Of a DNA stretch of 64,000 nt, positions 49,915-63,498 are shown in pieces. This stretch comes from Centroscyllium fabricii (lineage: Eukaryota): NCBI GenBank assembly GCA_051313645.2, contig JBNRSN020000003.1, forward strand, positions 433,318,001 through 433,382,000. Reading direction: 5' to 3'. A program made the translations under genes and the position numbers. How positions within the stretch are numbered: position 1 is the stretch's first letter; the number at the start of each line of letters is the position of its first letter. The notes under the pieces were generated by a model, which worked only from the letters and a program-made list of their open reading frames with translations, had not been told where the DNA came from and did not search any database.

Positions 49915-50205
49915 GTAGGACGTGCTCTGCTAATTCTGGCCTCCTGAGCATCCTCAATTTTAATCGCTGCACCATTGGTGGCCGTGTCTTCAGTGGTCAA
50001 GGCCCTCAGTTCTGGATTTCCTTCCCTAAACCTCTCTTTCCTCCTTTAAGACGCTCTTAATATCTACCGCTGACCAAGCTTTAGGTCAGCTGTCCCAATA
50101 TCTCCTATGTAGCTCAGCATCAAATTTTGCTTTATAACACTCCTGTGAAGCGCCTTGGGACGTTTTACTACATTAAAGGTGCATATAAATACAAGTTGTT
50201 GTTGT
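49915..50205 (+). mobile_element. L2 LINE 3' end
   Basis: ctaattctggcctc..gagcatcc...caccattggtggccgtg...ctcctgtgaagcgccttgggacgttttactac..taaaggtgc.tataaatacaag(TTG)n. Confidence 0.8.
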
Positions 50206-50387
50206 TCACATGAAATACATTCAACATCCCAACTCAAAAACAAGCAGTAGCTCAATGTCCATTAGCTTTCTCAATTTTGTTATTTTTGTATTGTGATAAA
50301 TCACTCAATTAACATGCTTATATTGTAAAGTATTGTTACTGAGAATTAAAGATTAACATAACTCAACAAAATGCCTTCTAAAATTTT

Positions 50388-51208
50388 TTTTTATTCATTG
50401 ATGGGATGTGGGCGTCGCTGGCTGGCTAGGCCTGCATTTAGTGCCCATCCCTAATTGCCCTTGAGAAGATGGTGGTGAGCCGTCTTCTTGAACCGCTGCA
50501 GTCCATATGGTGTAGGTACACCCACAATGTTGTTAGGAAGGGAGTTCCAGGATTTTGGCCCAGCGGCAGTGAAGGAGCGGCGATACAGGTCCAAGTCAGG
50601 ATGGTGTGTAGCTTGGAGGGGAACTTGTAGGTGGTGCTGTTCCCATGCATCTGCTGCCCTTGTCCTTCTAAGTGGTAGAAGTCGCGGGTTTGGAAGGTGC
50701 TGTTGAAGGAGCTTTGGCGAGTTGCTGCAGTGCATCTTGTAGATGGTACACACTGCAGCCACAGTGCGCCGGTGGTGGAGGGAGTGAATGTTGGAGGTGG
50801 TGGATGGAGTGCCAATCAAACGGCCTGCTTTATCCTGAATGGTGTCGAGCTTCTTGAGTGTTGTTGGAGCTGCACTCATCCAGGCAAGTGGAGAGTATTC
50901 CATCACACTCCTGACTTGTGCCTTGTAGATGGTGGAAAGGCTTTGGGGAGTCAGGAGGTGAGACACTCGCCGCAGAATTCCCAGCCTCTGGCCTGCTCTT
51001 GTAGCCACAGTATTTATCTGGCTGGTCCAGTTCAGTTTCCGATCAATGGTAACCCCCAGGATGTTGATAGTGGGGGATTCAGCGATGATAATGCCATTGA
51101 ATGTCATGGGGAGATGGTTAGAGTCTCGCTTGTTGGAGATGGTCATTGCCTGGCACTTGTGTGGTGCGAATGTTACTTGCCACTTGTCAGCCTAAGTCTG
51201 AATGTTGT
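50388..51208 (-). mobile_element. Non-LTR retrotransposon (CR1/L2 group) RT C-terminus and tail, same family as 27500-28221
   Basis: ORF 50451..51146 is open for 231 aa (ILGVTIDRKLNWTS...YKAQVRSVMEYSPLAW...). Confidence 0.92.
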
Positions 51209-51596
51209 ATTCTAAATTGATGTATTTATATACAATATCCAAATAGAAAAGCGATGTGTGGGATTCAGGGCTATGCTAGTCTCAGCTGGGGCAGTAATAG
51301 GTATCGTGCAATTAGCCTCCCCACCCTTGGGCTAAGGAGGATGTTGTGCTCCTCTTATAATCAGGTGAGGACAGTAGGGGCTTGGCTATGCTGACCTCCA
51401 CAATCCAACAGCCTGCTGTCACCTGTCCGGATAGCCCCTTATTTTGGCTCAGTGTCAACTTTTGTTTGATATTCGCTCCTGTGAAGCACCTTGAGACATT
51501 CTACTATGTTAAAGGTGCTATATAAATGAAAGTTGTTGCATCTGACAATCAAGGCTCAATGGTCATTTGGGTGAGGTACTAGAGGGGTGACCAACA

Positions 51597-51960
51597 TACA
51601 ACAACTTGCATTTATAGAACGCCTTTTAACATAGTAAAACGTCCCAAGACACTTCACTTCAGTATAAGACAAAAAAAATCTGACACCGAGCCACATAAGG
51701 AGAAATTAGGGCAGGTGACCAAAAGCTTGGTGAAAGAGGTAGGTTTTAAGGAGCGTCGTAAAGGAGGAAAGAGAGGCAGAGAGGTTTAGGCAGGGAATTC
51801 CAGAGCTTAGGGCCCAGGCAACAGAAGGCACGGCCACCAATGATTGAGCGATTATAATCAGGGATGCTCAGAGGGCAGAATTAGAGGAGCGCAGATATCT
51901 CCGGGGGGGGGGGGGGGGGGAGGAGAATGGTCATGGGGCTGAAGGAGATGAGAAAGATAG
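51597..51960 (-). mobile_element. L2 LINE 3' end
   Basis: Reverse complement of the 49915-50205 family (acaacaacttgcatttata...gggaattccagagcttagggcc...ggccaccaatg). Confidence 0.8.
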
Positions 51961-53879
51961 GGACATCTGACCATGTACACTTTCCATCTGGGGTCACTGG
52001 ATAACGTTAAGAAAAATGCTGATTTTTCTTATCTATAATTCAGTTGTAGGACATCCTCCTCTAATTCTGGCCTCTTGAGCATCCTCAATTTTAATCGCTC
52101 CACCATTGGTGGCCGTGCCTTCAGCTGCCAAGGCCCTAAGTTCTGGATTTCCCTCCCTCAGCAAAGAATCAATGCCTTAAGAGGACGAAACACTGAATGA
52201 AAAAGCTGCATTTTTGGTCCTCATCATCAGACTGGTTATTCAAATCTAAACCAATGTTCAATATGACACTGTTGACAATATTTTTGCCAGGTTGGAGATT
52301 TGCTGAGGATTTATTTCCTAATTTTTTGCATTAACCGTCTAAAATTTATAAAAGGTCTTAAAATAAGTGTGTTTTTAATTGAAAGAGAAAGTTAGATGTG
52401 TTCTTTTTTTCTCCCCCTCTTGAGATCCTCCACACCCTATTCCCTGGTATATAGGAGGCATAGTGATGAACTCCCCAACTGCAAGGTGTTTAGCTGAGTC
52501 CCAAGGTGACTTGCCTATTTTCCATTCTTGCCTGTGGGAAAGTGACTATCCTCTGTTCAATACCACTAAGTATAACATGGTTGAGATGGGCAATTTAAAC
52601 ACATAGGCATTCAAAGAGGTGAGTCTATGTCCTACCATATTATAGTGTAGCATGTTACACCACCAGCCTGTTCAACCATTCAAAAAATATGCACATATAC
52701 ATTTTTAATACAGCTTTTTTTCCCACTATGAAAGCATGCTAATGAGACCATTACCTGGGAACATTAATTTAATACAACTGATTTTGGTTTAGTTTCTTTA
52801 AATAGTTTATCTTCTAACAAGCAAGAATGATCGTACAGCTTTCAACAACCAACAATGAGAAACACAAAATCACAGCCTTATGGTTTATTGTACTCAGCCT
52901 GCATCGGCTTCGCAGTACAGCTTTAGCAAGCATCTACTCTACAGATAATTATGATGGGATCTGGAGCCACAAGATGCAATAACACATAACAATGAAGCAG
53001 CAAGTCCATGTGTTATTGTGAATTCTAGTTAGTAACCCCACTTACACAAATAGATTCACCTTGTTGCAGTAAATTGTTCATGATTGAACTAGAATTAAAA
53101 TTTTATTTTAAAAAAAGTTTGGATATTGAGATCTCTTCAAAATTCTTCTTAGAGATACAACATGTTCATGGTGCATTTTAGTTTAGTTTTGCAGCTTTAA
53201 TGTTTTTTTTAATTTTACATTTTGTGCAACATTTGCCTATTAGCAATAATAATGAGGTTAACTGCTGCAAAGAAAGTGCTCTTGTGATACCAGAGAAGAA
53301 AGCAATCTCTGCATTTACTGTTACTGTGTCCTTGCATTGGACTGATCTGCAAATTTTTTATTTGATATTTTCACCAGCAAAATCATCTGGCTTTGAAAAT
53401 AATTAATTCAACTGAACAGTAAAAGCCTGCCATCTGTTCTGCGCTGTTGCCTTCTGGACTTCGGTTAACTGAGATTTTTAAAAAGTATAGCATTCTAGGT
53501 GCAAGTAAAACTGATACAAGATGATCCTGCTCAGACCAGCCTTTGGTATCTCCCCATATCTCTTCATTTGTCAGTTAACTATTTCTGCCTCACCTCGTGT
53601 TGCAGCCCACTCTCAAACCAGCAGCTTCCAGTTACCCTGGAACAGGCTGTGCAGTGGTCATTTTACCTCACAAAATACAACACACACAAGCACATGCACA
53701 GGCCCAACTGGAGCATTTTTAAACAACAGTCCGAATATTTGAGGACTTTGCAGGGGTGGGGTTAGTGGGAAATGCAGAAATTTAAATTATGCATCTCCAA
53801 AACGGTAACATTCATTCCTCGTAACAAGCGATTACTCGTTCAGATCTACAGTAGGGAGTGAGGCCCCTTCTTCAGTAAG

Positions 53880-54235
53880 TTCTTTAAAATTATGAAGGGG
53901 TTTGATAGGGTAGATGCAGAGATGTTTCCACTTGCGGGGAGTATAAAACTAGGGGCCATACATATAGAAGATAGCCACTAATAAATCCAATGGGAATTCA
54001 GAAGAAACTTCCATGTCCAAACAGTGGTTAGAATGTGGAACTCGCTACCACAGGGAGTAGTTGAGGCGAATAGCACAGACGCACTGAAAGGGAAGCTAGA
54101 GAAATACAAGAGGGGGAGAGGAATCGGATATGTTGATGGGGTGAGATAAAGTAAGGCAGGAGGAGGCGCATGTGGAACATAAACATTGGCAGAGACAAGT
54201 TGGGCGAATGGCCTGTTTCTGTGCTGTAAATTCTA
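53880..54235 (+). mobile_element. CR1 3' fragment
   Basis: tttaaaattatgaaggggtttgatagggtagat...agaatgtggaactcgctaccaca...gggcgaatggcctgtttctgtgctgta. Confidence 0.8.
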
Positions 54236-55278
54236 CGTTCCTTTCTCTTCACCTCTTCACATCCCTTTTTCTTTCATACCTGTCTTTTATTTTTAATTTG
54301 GTAGTTTGGATCTTTGTTCCTTCATATGCACGAAACTACTGTCTAAGATATATAAAGTGGTTTCACCTATGTTGATGAACATAGAGCAGACCATTTTAAT
54401 GTGCGTTAACAGACTGTAGCACAAACGAATGCATTATCAGGTGTGCTAACATGCTTTCAGAACAAGGAAAAAGGGGCAGCAGCTGCTACCATTTGGACAT
54501 GTATATCATAATCCTCAACAACTGAGGGCACGAGAGAATTCATGGCAATCCTTTGCTAGGAAAATATCAAATAGTAGTAGCCACTATTGTGAACTGCAGC
54601 TTTGTTTTTAAAACCATATACGCAAACTAGTGAAGTTACATATCTCACATTAAACGTGTCACGGACATTTCAGTTTTGATTTAAACATGTTTGTTGCATA
54701 CAAGGGGTCAGGAGAAATATTTTCTTGAAACAAACCATCAAATACCTCATTGTAACAAAAGTAAAATTAAAACCACTATTTATGGCAAAGAAATTATTAG
54801 AAGAGGTTTTATAAGTTTAATATTTGACAAAGAATCAAGTGCATTTTCACAAGTTTCTACATTGCAGATATAAAATGCATTAAAACTTAAAATCTGTAAT
54901 ATCATTATATTTTTGTTTGCTGCAAGCTCAATTTAATTAGTTAGAAAGCAGCTAAATGACTGTGCTTCCTCCTGGCACTGTAACTCTCTACTGATTTCTG
55001 TAGACTAAATTAGAAACAGTCAACTAGCCACACCATATCTGTAATTAACAAGTTTTCAGTAAATTATAATTTTAGTGGGCATTTAGTGTAAGCGAGTCAT
55101 TAACAATCTTGCAATGTAGAACTATCTGACACGTGGACAAGCAAGATTAACATTTACAGCAAAGTGAACTGGTCACAATGGATTTTATGACTAAAAATAT
55201 TTAGCATGCATAAATATGCTTTGCAGCCATCTCAGAAATGAACAATCGTAGGATTTCATGCTAATTTTTGAGACTACT

Positions 55279-55640
55279 GGCACAGTGGTTAGCACTGTTG
55301 CCTCACAGCGCCAGGGGCCCGGGTTCAAATCCGGCCTCGGGTACTATCTGTGTGGTGTTTGCACATTCTCCCCGTGTCTGCGTGGGTTTCCTCCGGGTGC
55401 TCCGGTTTCCTCCCACAGTCCAAAGATGTGCGGGTTAGGTTGACTGGCCATGATAAATTGACCCTTAGTGTTCGGGGGATTAAATATGTGGGGGTTTCAG
55501 GGATAGGGTGGGATTCGGGGGATATGGTAGGAGGGGGGTGCTGGGTTTTGATGATCAGCCATGATCTCATCAAAATGGCGGGGCAGGCTCGAAGGGCCGA
55601 ATGGCCTACTCCTGCTCCTATCTTCTGTGTTTCTGTGTTA
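55279..55640 (+). mobile_element. HE1-type V-SINE
   Basis: Same tRNA head, V-domain and CR1 tail as 35029-35425, in the opposite orientation and slightly 5'-truncated. Confidence 0.92.
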
Positions 55641-58600
55641 TGTAGGGTTGGCGTGGTTGCCAGTCTAGCTGGTTGGGATGGATGTTATAGGGAATTTAGC
55701 AAATGTAGAGTCAGGTTTCATAGCAGCTGGAACAAGTTCAAAATGGTTTACTACAGTCTGGTCTGAGCAGGCTGACTGTTCTAACTGTTGATAATGCTTA
55801 CGCATCAAATATAATATAAAGGTGACTTTTATTATTGGTGAGAGTTATTTTTCCCCTTCCCTGGGTCTCCACAAGCCACATGTTAACCTGAGCCAAGGAG
55901 CTACCTGTTCCCAACATCTGAAAATGCTATTCTGAGACTTGCTGCTAGGAAACGCACTCGAAGGCGATTCTTCTGGAGTTCTTTTGTTTGGGAAAGCACT
56001 TGGTCCCTGGACGAAAGTGAGAACTCAGTTTGAGAAGGGATCACAGAGGCATAAACTCTTGTCTTATTACAAGAGTGTTGCACACTGATGTTCCAATGCA
56101 CTATGCCAAAAGGTTGCAATTTTAGTACCTGTATTATACCTTATATTGACTGTCTCATGAGATTGTTAGTTAGTTAAATTCTCAGATTTGATCGCAACTG
56201 AACTATATCACTGTGACCCAACCCAATACTCTATTACACAAGCTGTTTCAGTTGATTGTCAATATATATTAACAGAGGTATATATCCAAGAAAACAATAT
56301 TTTAGGTCATTAATCTTTCTAAAAATAAACAAAATTAAACTTGCACCAAAAAAGTTTTCAACAAAATAAACACAAAAATGAAGCCAGTGGTAAGAGTATG
56401 CATTGTTCTTTTGTGAACTGCACTGTCAACAGGTCTCAATAGCTCCTTCAGCATGTGAGGCTTCTTAAAAGAGATTTGATGGGTATAATTCCTGAGGTTT
56501 TCTGCATTATAACCAGTGCAGGTTTTGCATCTTTAACAAATTTTAAAATATGCTATTTTAAATTTCAGAGTAACGTATGTTCTGTCTATTGAGTGCTGTG
56601 CATTTCTAAGATTTGTAATTAAGTATACATTTCTAATAGTGTGAAACAAAATAAAAATGACTTAATTGCTTGTGTAAGTGAGGCTAGTAACTGTGGGGTG
56701 GATGTATGGCAAGTCACCATACACAGACTTACAACAAACTCCCTCGCTTCATATGCATAAGTAGGTTTCCCTAATGTCCTCTTCATCAGTTCTTTGTGAA
56801 AATAGAAAGACCGAGTCTGAGGTGCGCGTTTGTGGGAAAGAACACATCTGTGTTAACAGCCAGCAATTCAAAACTAGCTTTTACCTGTTATATATATTTA
56901 GTAAAATACAGGGTAGGCCTTAAATACAAAATTTCCTCAATCAAGGATGGAGATTTTATAGCTTCTGTTCACATCACAGAGATGGTCTGTGGTCTAAGTT
57001 TACCTGAATTTGGTTGGTTTAACAGAACCAGAGCCAAAGAGAAGTTCGACTTTTCAATGTCCTCCCACCCCCCCACCTCCAATGTGAAAAGGAAACTTGC
57101 AACTGAACCACATTCTCAATGTTCCCATTGAGCTACAGGGCAGGATAGCAATTTTAACATCTGCATTTGGCCCAGTTTGATGGGGGGCTATTCACCCATT
57201 TCTAACAGGTATGCAGTAAAATACAGGCTCAGGGTACAGCAAAAATAGGAATCTCCAGACAGTTGCTTTGGAACCAAATGTTTGTGCAGTAATTTCCCTA
57301 GTTGTAAAAGTTTAAAAAAAAATCCCTTTCTATGGAGCAATATTAACCAAAACAGCTTTAAACTTTTCACATAATAAATTACTTTTCAAATGTAGTGATT
57401 GTTATGAAGGTAAAACACTTGCAAGAACAAGAAATGCAGAATAAAGTTCAGATGCAGCTGGCCACAAATTTATCACAGGTCTGATGTTCTTCTTCAGCCA
57501 AAATCATACCCTAATGCTCTGTGGCACCCAGAGCTTCGATAGAAGCCATTTAACTCAGTCCCATTACAATGCTGATCAACAATTCTGCAAAGCATTTTCA
57601 GGCAACAGTGCACAGCAGGCAATTATTTCTGGGTTCGAGAAATAAACCTTTCATCGTATGAGCAAGGATTCTGAATAATTTAGGAAACTGGAAGATAGGA
57701 CAGTCAGAGTAGAAGGCTAAAACCTTTGGCGGATACCGCAGCATATTTAGTGAGCCAAGTTGGGTTAGGTTCAAGAATACCAGCAGCAAATGCAGGCAGT
57801 CTGTTTCAGCTCAGAATGCAGTCAGATTGACATACTACATCCAGCTAATGCCTTAATGTACTTTACAACACCACATTTATCCTCAGTGTTTGTGACGTCA
57901 CTAACATTGGTCCCTTTAACTTGCTTCTTACCATAAGATTAAATGATAAATCCTTCCACAGGTCTATCAATTTCAATAATACCTTTTCTATAGGTATTAC
58001 CCAACAAAATACTACAATCAACACATAATTCAATTCAAATGTCCACCGAGTTATTACACTGAGGGTGTTCAGGATGGAATTCAGGTTGTGTTGTAATTCA
58101 TACTGAGATCTGAATGATTGATTTCTGCAGAATCCAGTTAAGTAGTCATTATTTTTCGGGTTTTTTCTGCATTGTACGGTGTAGCTGACCTTTTTATGTT
58201 GGGTAATTGCCAATATTGCTAATTAACCCATATACTGTGCTAAAAGAATGGCATCTGTGTACACCACTGCTGTTTGCAAGTTGGAAACATGCTGGTGGAT
58301 TTTTCCGACAGTACCAAAGAAATTTTGCAGTGATTTATTTCAAAATACTGCGCAGACCCTTGATTGAGGAAATATATTTTGTAATTCTTAATTTTTACCT
58401 TTCATGTTCTTTACAAGTTAGATACTGTAGAGATTACGAAACGTTTGAAATGCTCTAATCAAAATTAAGAAAATTTCCTTCTTTTTAAACTAAAAATCCC
58501 ATTATATAATGCTATGTAGAATGTGTAAAATCAAACGGAAAAATGTAAAACAAACAAAAACAAAAAACAAATATACACATAATTTTCAGCTTTACGCATA

Positions 58601-60400
58601 GAAAGATCCAGACATTGACTTCCATAGAGATACACCAGGCATTAAAAAGTTCATACAGTTAAAACATTAGTGTTCGAAAGGTAGCTTAGGACACAAATGT
58701 CAAAGGAGTGGCCCTTGTGTTAAATTTTTTTAAATGGTCTATTAATGATCAATTTAAAGAAAAGTAGCTATTTGCCTTATTTTCAGTAATTTCTTATCTC
58801 CCTTTTAGTTCTAAAAATAAGCTATTTCTAATGTTTTGCACGATGCAATAGCAAAGGCGGCGAGCTGCATAAGTGAAGCCATGTGCATTTTTCATACGAT
58901 TGCTCTCGCACAAATAAACCAATATACAGCAAATTGTACTTGAAAATATACTGACATCATTAACTGAAGAACTGAGTTGTTTGGCAACATCGGTTACCAC
59001 TTAGGGCTCAATTTCCCCCCCCCCCCTGCCAAGCGCTGAAAAATAAGAGATCCCACCAACTATTTGATTTTTGCAGTGAATTTTGCCTGGAGCTACCATT
59101 TCTTATTTGCACGTTTTCTTTTCTACTCATAAAAATGATAACAGTTAATGAAACAGACCCACAAAAGAATTAAAGTAATTGGAAAAAGGATCCAGACCAT
59201 TAAATAAATCTCTATTAATTGGAGTTTGTTACGTTTTTAAATTAATTAACAACATTGGCAAATTTCGGTCCTCTCCTGTAGTGGTTTCACGTGAAATGAA
59301 CGGTCAATCATAACTGGCAGTAACGAATTGGCTATATTTCAGCATACTTGCTGTGCATCTGTGTTTATTTCAAGTCAGACTCAACCACCCTTCAGGTGAT
59401 TTCGGAATTTAGTCAGTACAGGACTCTGACATTCGAATCACATGGGTATCAATTATTTTCACAAGTTGCTGGAAAAAGTAACTTCTTTCTTTTAGACTGT
59501 AGTTTCCTTATCTGTGTTGCACTGGTGTGTTGTCAGATAATAAATGGACATTGAGACAGATCATGATAAAAATGGAATAGAATGGTGAATCCAGCTACCA
59601 ACTGTGTTAGCTGCCATTTTAGAACAGCGCTGAAAATGTAGTTTTTTGCGCAAGGTGAAAAATTATAAAAATAAATAGACCATTTAAAAAAATAAATTTC
59701 CAATAGAATCAAAATGCAATTTGAAAGCTGCACAACTTGGAATTGTCAAAAATCCAAACTTTAGCTTTATCTTTCAAGTACAGAGTATGAACTAAAGGTT
59801 CTTTTGCCAATCACTTTGCTCAGTCAATGTTCAGTATTCTGGTAAAAAAAAAACGTATGCCATTATAAACTGCTAGATGTTAAATTCCTTGGAAGAGGCC
59901 AGGTGGTGCCATTAGGTTCATATAAATGTAGGCATAATGATGCAACCACTGTATAATTCGGTGGCCTAAGTTGACTGAAACTTTAACATTAATTCATTCT
60001 CTGTGTAAAGAAAGCTTTTTCAGATTGTATGAAGGCACTGAAATAACTGAAAGCAAAAGAAATGAGTAAAAATTTACTTTTATTTGTCCTAAACTTCCTT
60101 TGTGGAAACAACACGAAATGCAACTTACGCTTTCAATACATTCTTCAGTTTATTCTTCCCTTGTTATGATTCCACTCTACTCAAAATATTTCCTTTATTC
60201 TGGAAGGTGCCTGTTGTGTGTAATATTATGCACTTTATAGCATCTGGCAGGACAATATGTATTTTGCAAGAAGTGTGAATTGTGGATAAGGCACAATAAA
60301 GGGACACAGTTAAAATATAGCCACACTCAAAAATGCATTTGTCGGCCTGAAGTGATGGTGTGAATATCACATATTTTAATGATACTGTCGAAGAAACATT

Positions 60401-61208
60401 GGGGGGTAATTTTGACGGAAGGGCGGGAACTGGTCGGGGCGGCTTCCGGTCCCGCCCGCCCAACCCGCTGGGAAGCCCACGCAATTTTAGGCTAATGAGG
60501 TTGTTAAATCCCTGTCGGCGGCAGTGGGAGGTAATTAGGTGAATTGAGTCGGGCTGCAGCGGAGCTGCGAGCACTTTGATTCACAGTTCCAGCACTGGTT
60601 GTTGTCAGTTCCCATGGCAACACTCCACTGTGACACCACAGTGGAGTGGAGCCAACGGGAAAGGCCAAGTGCTGGTGACTGACAGGTGGGCGGGCGGGCT
60701 CCGAATCGCTCACAGCTTGGCACCGGCTGTGAGGACATGGTGAGAACTGAGATTGCTCAGTTTCTGTTCTCAGCTGATACTGAAGGCAGAACGGAGTTAC
60801 TATCTCCTCTAAGGTGCTGGAGGCATGCCAAGCATTTGGCAGCATGTCCTTCAAACCTTAAAGGAGAAAGTAATAAATTCAGGAAGTCACACAACACCAG
60901 GTTGTAGTCCAGAAGTTATAACCAGTGCTGTGCTCCCGCTGGGTTTCACCCAGCAGGGTTTAAGGTGGCGGGGTTAGGGCGGAAAACATGGCAAAATGGC
61001 TGAGGGCCCTTAAAATGGCATTAAAGATGCCAATTAAGGGCCCATAACGAGGTGACAACCCATCCCCGCCGGCGGGAAGGTTTCGGAGCGGGTAATCTGG
61101 GGGCGGGAAAATGAGAAAGCGGCGGGGATGTCGGGTCCCGCCGGTTCCGCTATTTTGCCGGCCGGGCCGCCCAAAACCCCGCCTCACGGGGACATGAAAA
61201 TTCCCCCC
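60401..61208. mobile_element. PIF/Harbinger-like MITE
   Basis: TIR GGGGGG(T)AATTTT / AAAATTCCCCCC, 3-bp TSD ATT (60398-60400 and 61209-61211), GC-rich subterminal arms. Confidence 0.82.
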
Positions 61209-61609
61209 ATTGTATGTGTATTCTAAGTGTGTCCTTTTGTTATTGGATGTAACCCCTTTGAACAGAGCACAGAGATTTAAATCTCCTATAGATGCTCATG
61301 GGAGAAATGCAGCATCGAGCTCTTCTGCAACGTACATTTTGGTTTTGTATTAAACATTTTTCTACTGATTTCTAGCAATTTAATCTGATTTCTGGCAAAT
61401 TAATGAAAGACTGAACTAATTTCCTTCCACTAAAATGGTTTTAATGTGCTTTACAATAATACTCACCCACCCCAAAGTATTTTCCTCTCCGGCAGGTGCT
61501 GACTCATCATGGAATATAGTTCCATGTGAGACAGAAGCCCACTGTTACCTTGCCCAAATTCCCATTTTTCACTTGAACCTAGACACTAAGACCATAATTT
61601 TGCCAGCAC

Positions 61610-62429
61610 TTATTGTGGGTTTGGAGCTGTCAAAATTGTAAAGATTGACAGCGGTAGGACACTTGCTGTCAACCCGCCTCCAATCAATCTTCCCAAGTGT
61701 CTGTCAGGTCCCCGATTTACACATGGACACGACACCTAGCAGCGGGAAAAGAGTTAAAGCCATTTACCTGCCTGTTAACAGGTACTTGATAGTTGTTAAC
61801 AGGCTCTTTTTCAATTTTGACACTTCTGTCTCGGGGTTCCAGATGTCCGGACACCACACCAGGTAAGTTTGGCATGTTGCGAGTCTGGTGTAATGTTTCT
61901 GTATTGATGACAGCTGCACTGGTGAGTTTCAGAGGTAAGCAAATGTTGGGAAAATCATTTTTGATGCATTTACACTTTTCTGTAGGTAACAAGTTTTGAA
62001 TTAGATGTCTCGTCCCACCTCATTGGGAGAACCTCTCTCACCAGTGACACATTGCTTCTGTAACCTCACCTGCAGCTGCCATCTGTTCTGGTCTGAGGAG
62101 GGAGTCACTGGAGAGCCTGGGTGAAAGAGCTCACCTTTGTACAGTGATTGTCAGTGTTTGCAGCACCTCAATGCTGTCAAATATTGAGAAATGAGCTGTC
62201 AAAAAAAATTGTGCGTGGTCCCTTTAAGAAAACCGGCAGATGACGCGTCATCAAATGACGTCATCTGACCGGCTTCCTCTTAATTGGCCGGCAAGCCCAC
62301 AGGGCAGTCTTAACAAGGTCAATCAAGGGAAAATCACGTCCGTGGGCTGAATGCAGGTGGGGGCGGGACTGGAAACAGGAAACCAGCTGGCCTGCTCCCA
62401 ACCGGCATCCATTTGCAAAATCGCGGCCT
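61610..62429. mobile_element. Probable degenerate GC-rich MITE
   Basis: The right end CAAAATCGCGGCC matches the GGCC..ATTTT TIR style of the other MITEs. The left TIR is not identifiable. Confidence 0.35.
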
Positions 62430-62769
62430 CTGTGTTAGCAGGCTACCTGATCACGAGATGCATCCAAGTTAAAGCAAATAGCGTCCTTATTAAATGGAAG
62501 AACATTCCAGCAGGGAACAGTTGAAAGCAAGGAGTGGGAATCGCGCTTTCCCCCCCCCCCTTTCTAGCCCATGACATTAAGGCCAAGTATAGCAGCCCCC
62601 CATCACTTATCTTAGCTATCAACAGAGAGAGGGAGTTCCTTATAGTAACCACTATACTAAGTAAGCTACAGTAAAGTTTGCTACTGGCACTGTGCTTATT
62701 TTTAAAGTTTGAAGATTGCTTTTCATTTTGTCCCAATGACCATATCAATTAAATGCAACACTGGTCAGA

Positions 62770-63050
62770 CTCATAAATGTCACAGCACAAAAGGCGGCCA
62801 TTCGGCCCATGGTGCCTGGCCGGCTCTTGGCTCCACTGCTCTTTCCCCATTATCCTGCAATTTTATCCTCTTCATGTATTTATCCAATTCCTTTTTGAAA
62901 GCTACTATTGAATCTGCTTCCATCACCCTTTCAGGTGGAGTATTCCAGATCATAACAACTTGCTGCATAAAAATAATTCTCATCTCATTTCTGGCTCTTT
63001 TGCCAATGGCCTTAAATGTATGTCCTCTGATTACTGAACATTCTGGCAGT
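62770..63050 (-). mobile_element. CR1 3' fragment
   Basis: ORF 62780..62983 (VVMIWNTPPERVMEADSIVAFKKELDKYM) and the tail ggccattcggccc. Confidence 0.8.
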
Positions 63051-63217
63051 GTAAAATTGTTAGATTAACAAATTAATAACAGCCTTTTCAAAACTCTTTC
63101 AAAAAGGTATTTCAAAACTTAAGTTGCATTTCTGCACATTTTTAAACATTGTAGTACAGAGAAGAAAAAAGGACATAATTTGCTAGCTGCAAAGTGCTCT
63201 ACAATTTCAGCCAGAAA

Positions 63218-63257
63218 CATATATATATATATATAATATATATACACACACACACAC
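63218..63257. repeat. (TA)n(CA)n compound microsatellite
   Basis: catatatatatatatataatatatatacacacacacacac, about 60 nt into the intron after the 183-nt exon donor. Confidence 0.9.
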
Positions 63258-63261
63258 TTTA

Positions 63262-63498
<237 letters not shown>

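Noticed and set aside
50451-51146. 231-aa ORF as a host gene
   Set aside because: It is the C-terminal part of a LINE RT present in three truncated copies in this window, with no splice context.
59001-59665. Another Harbinger-like MITE beginning GGGCTCAATTT (similar weak candidates at about 21645-22137 and 36902-37116)
   Set aside because: No convincing matching TIR or TSD could be identified by eye.
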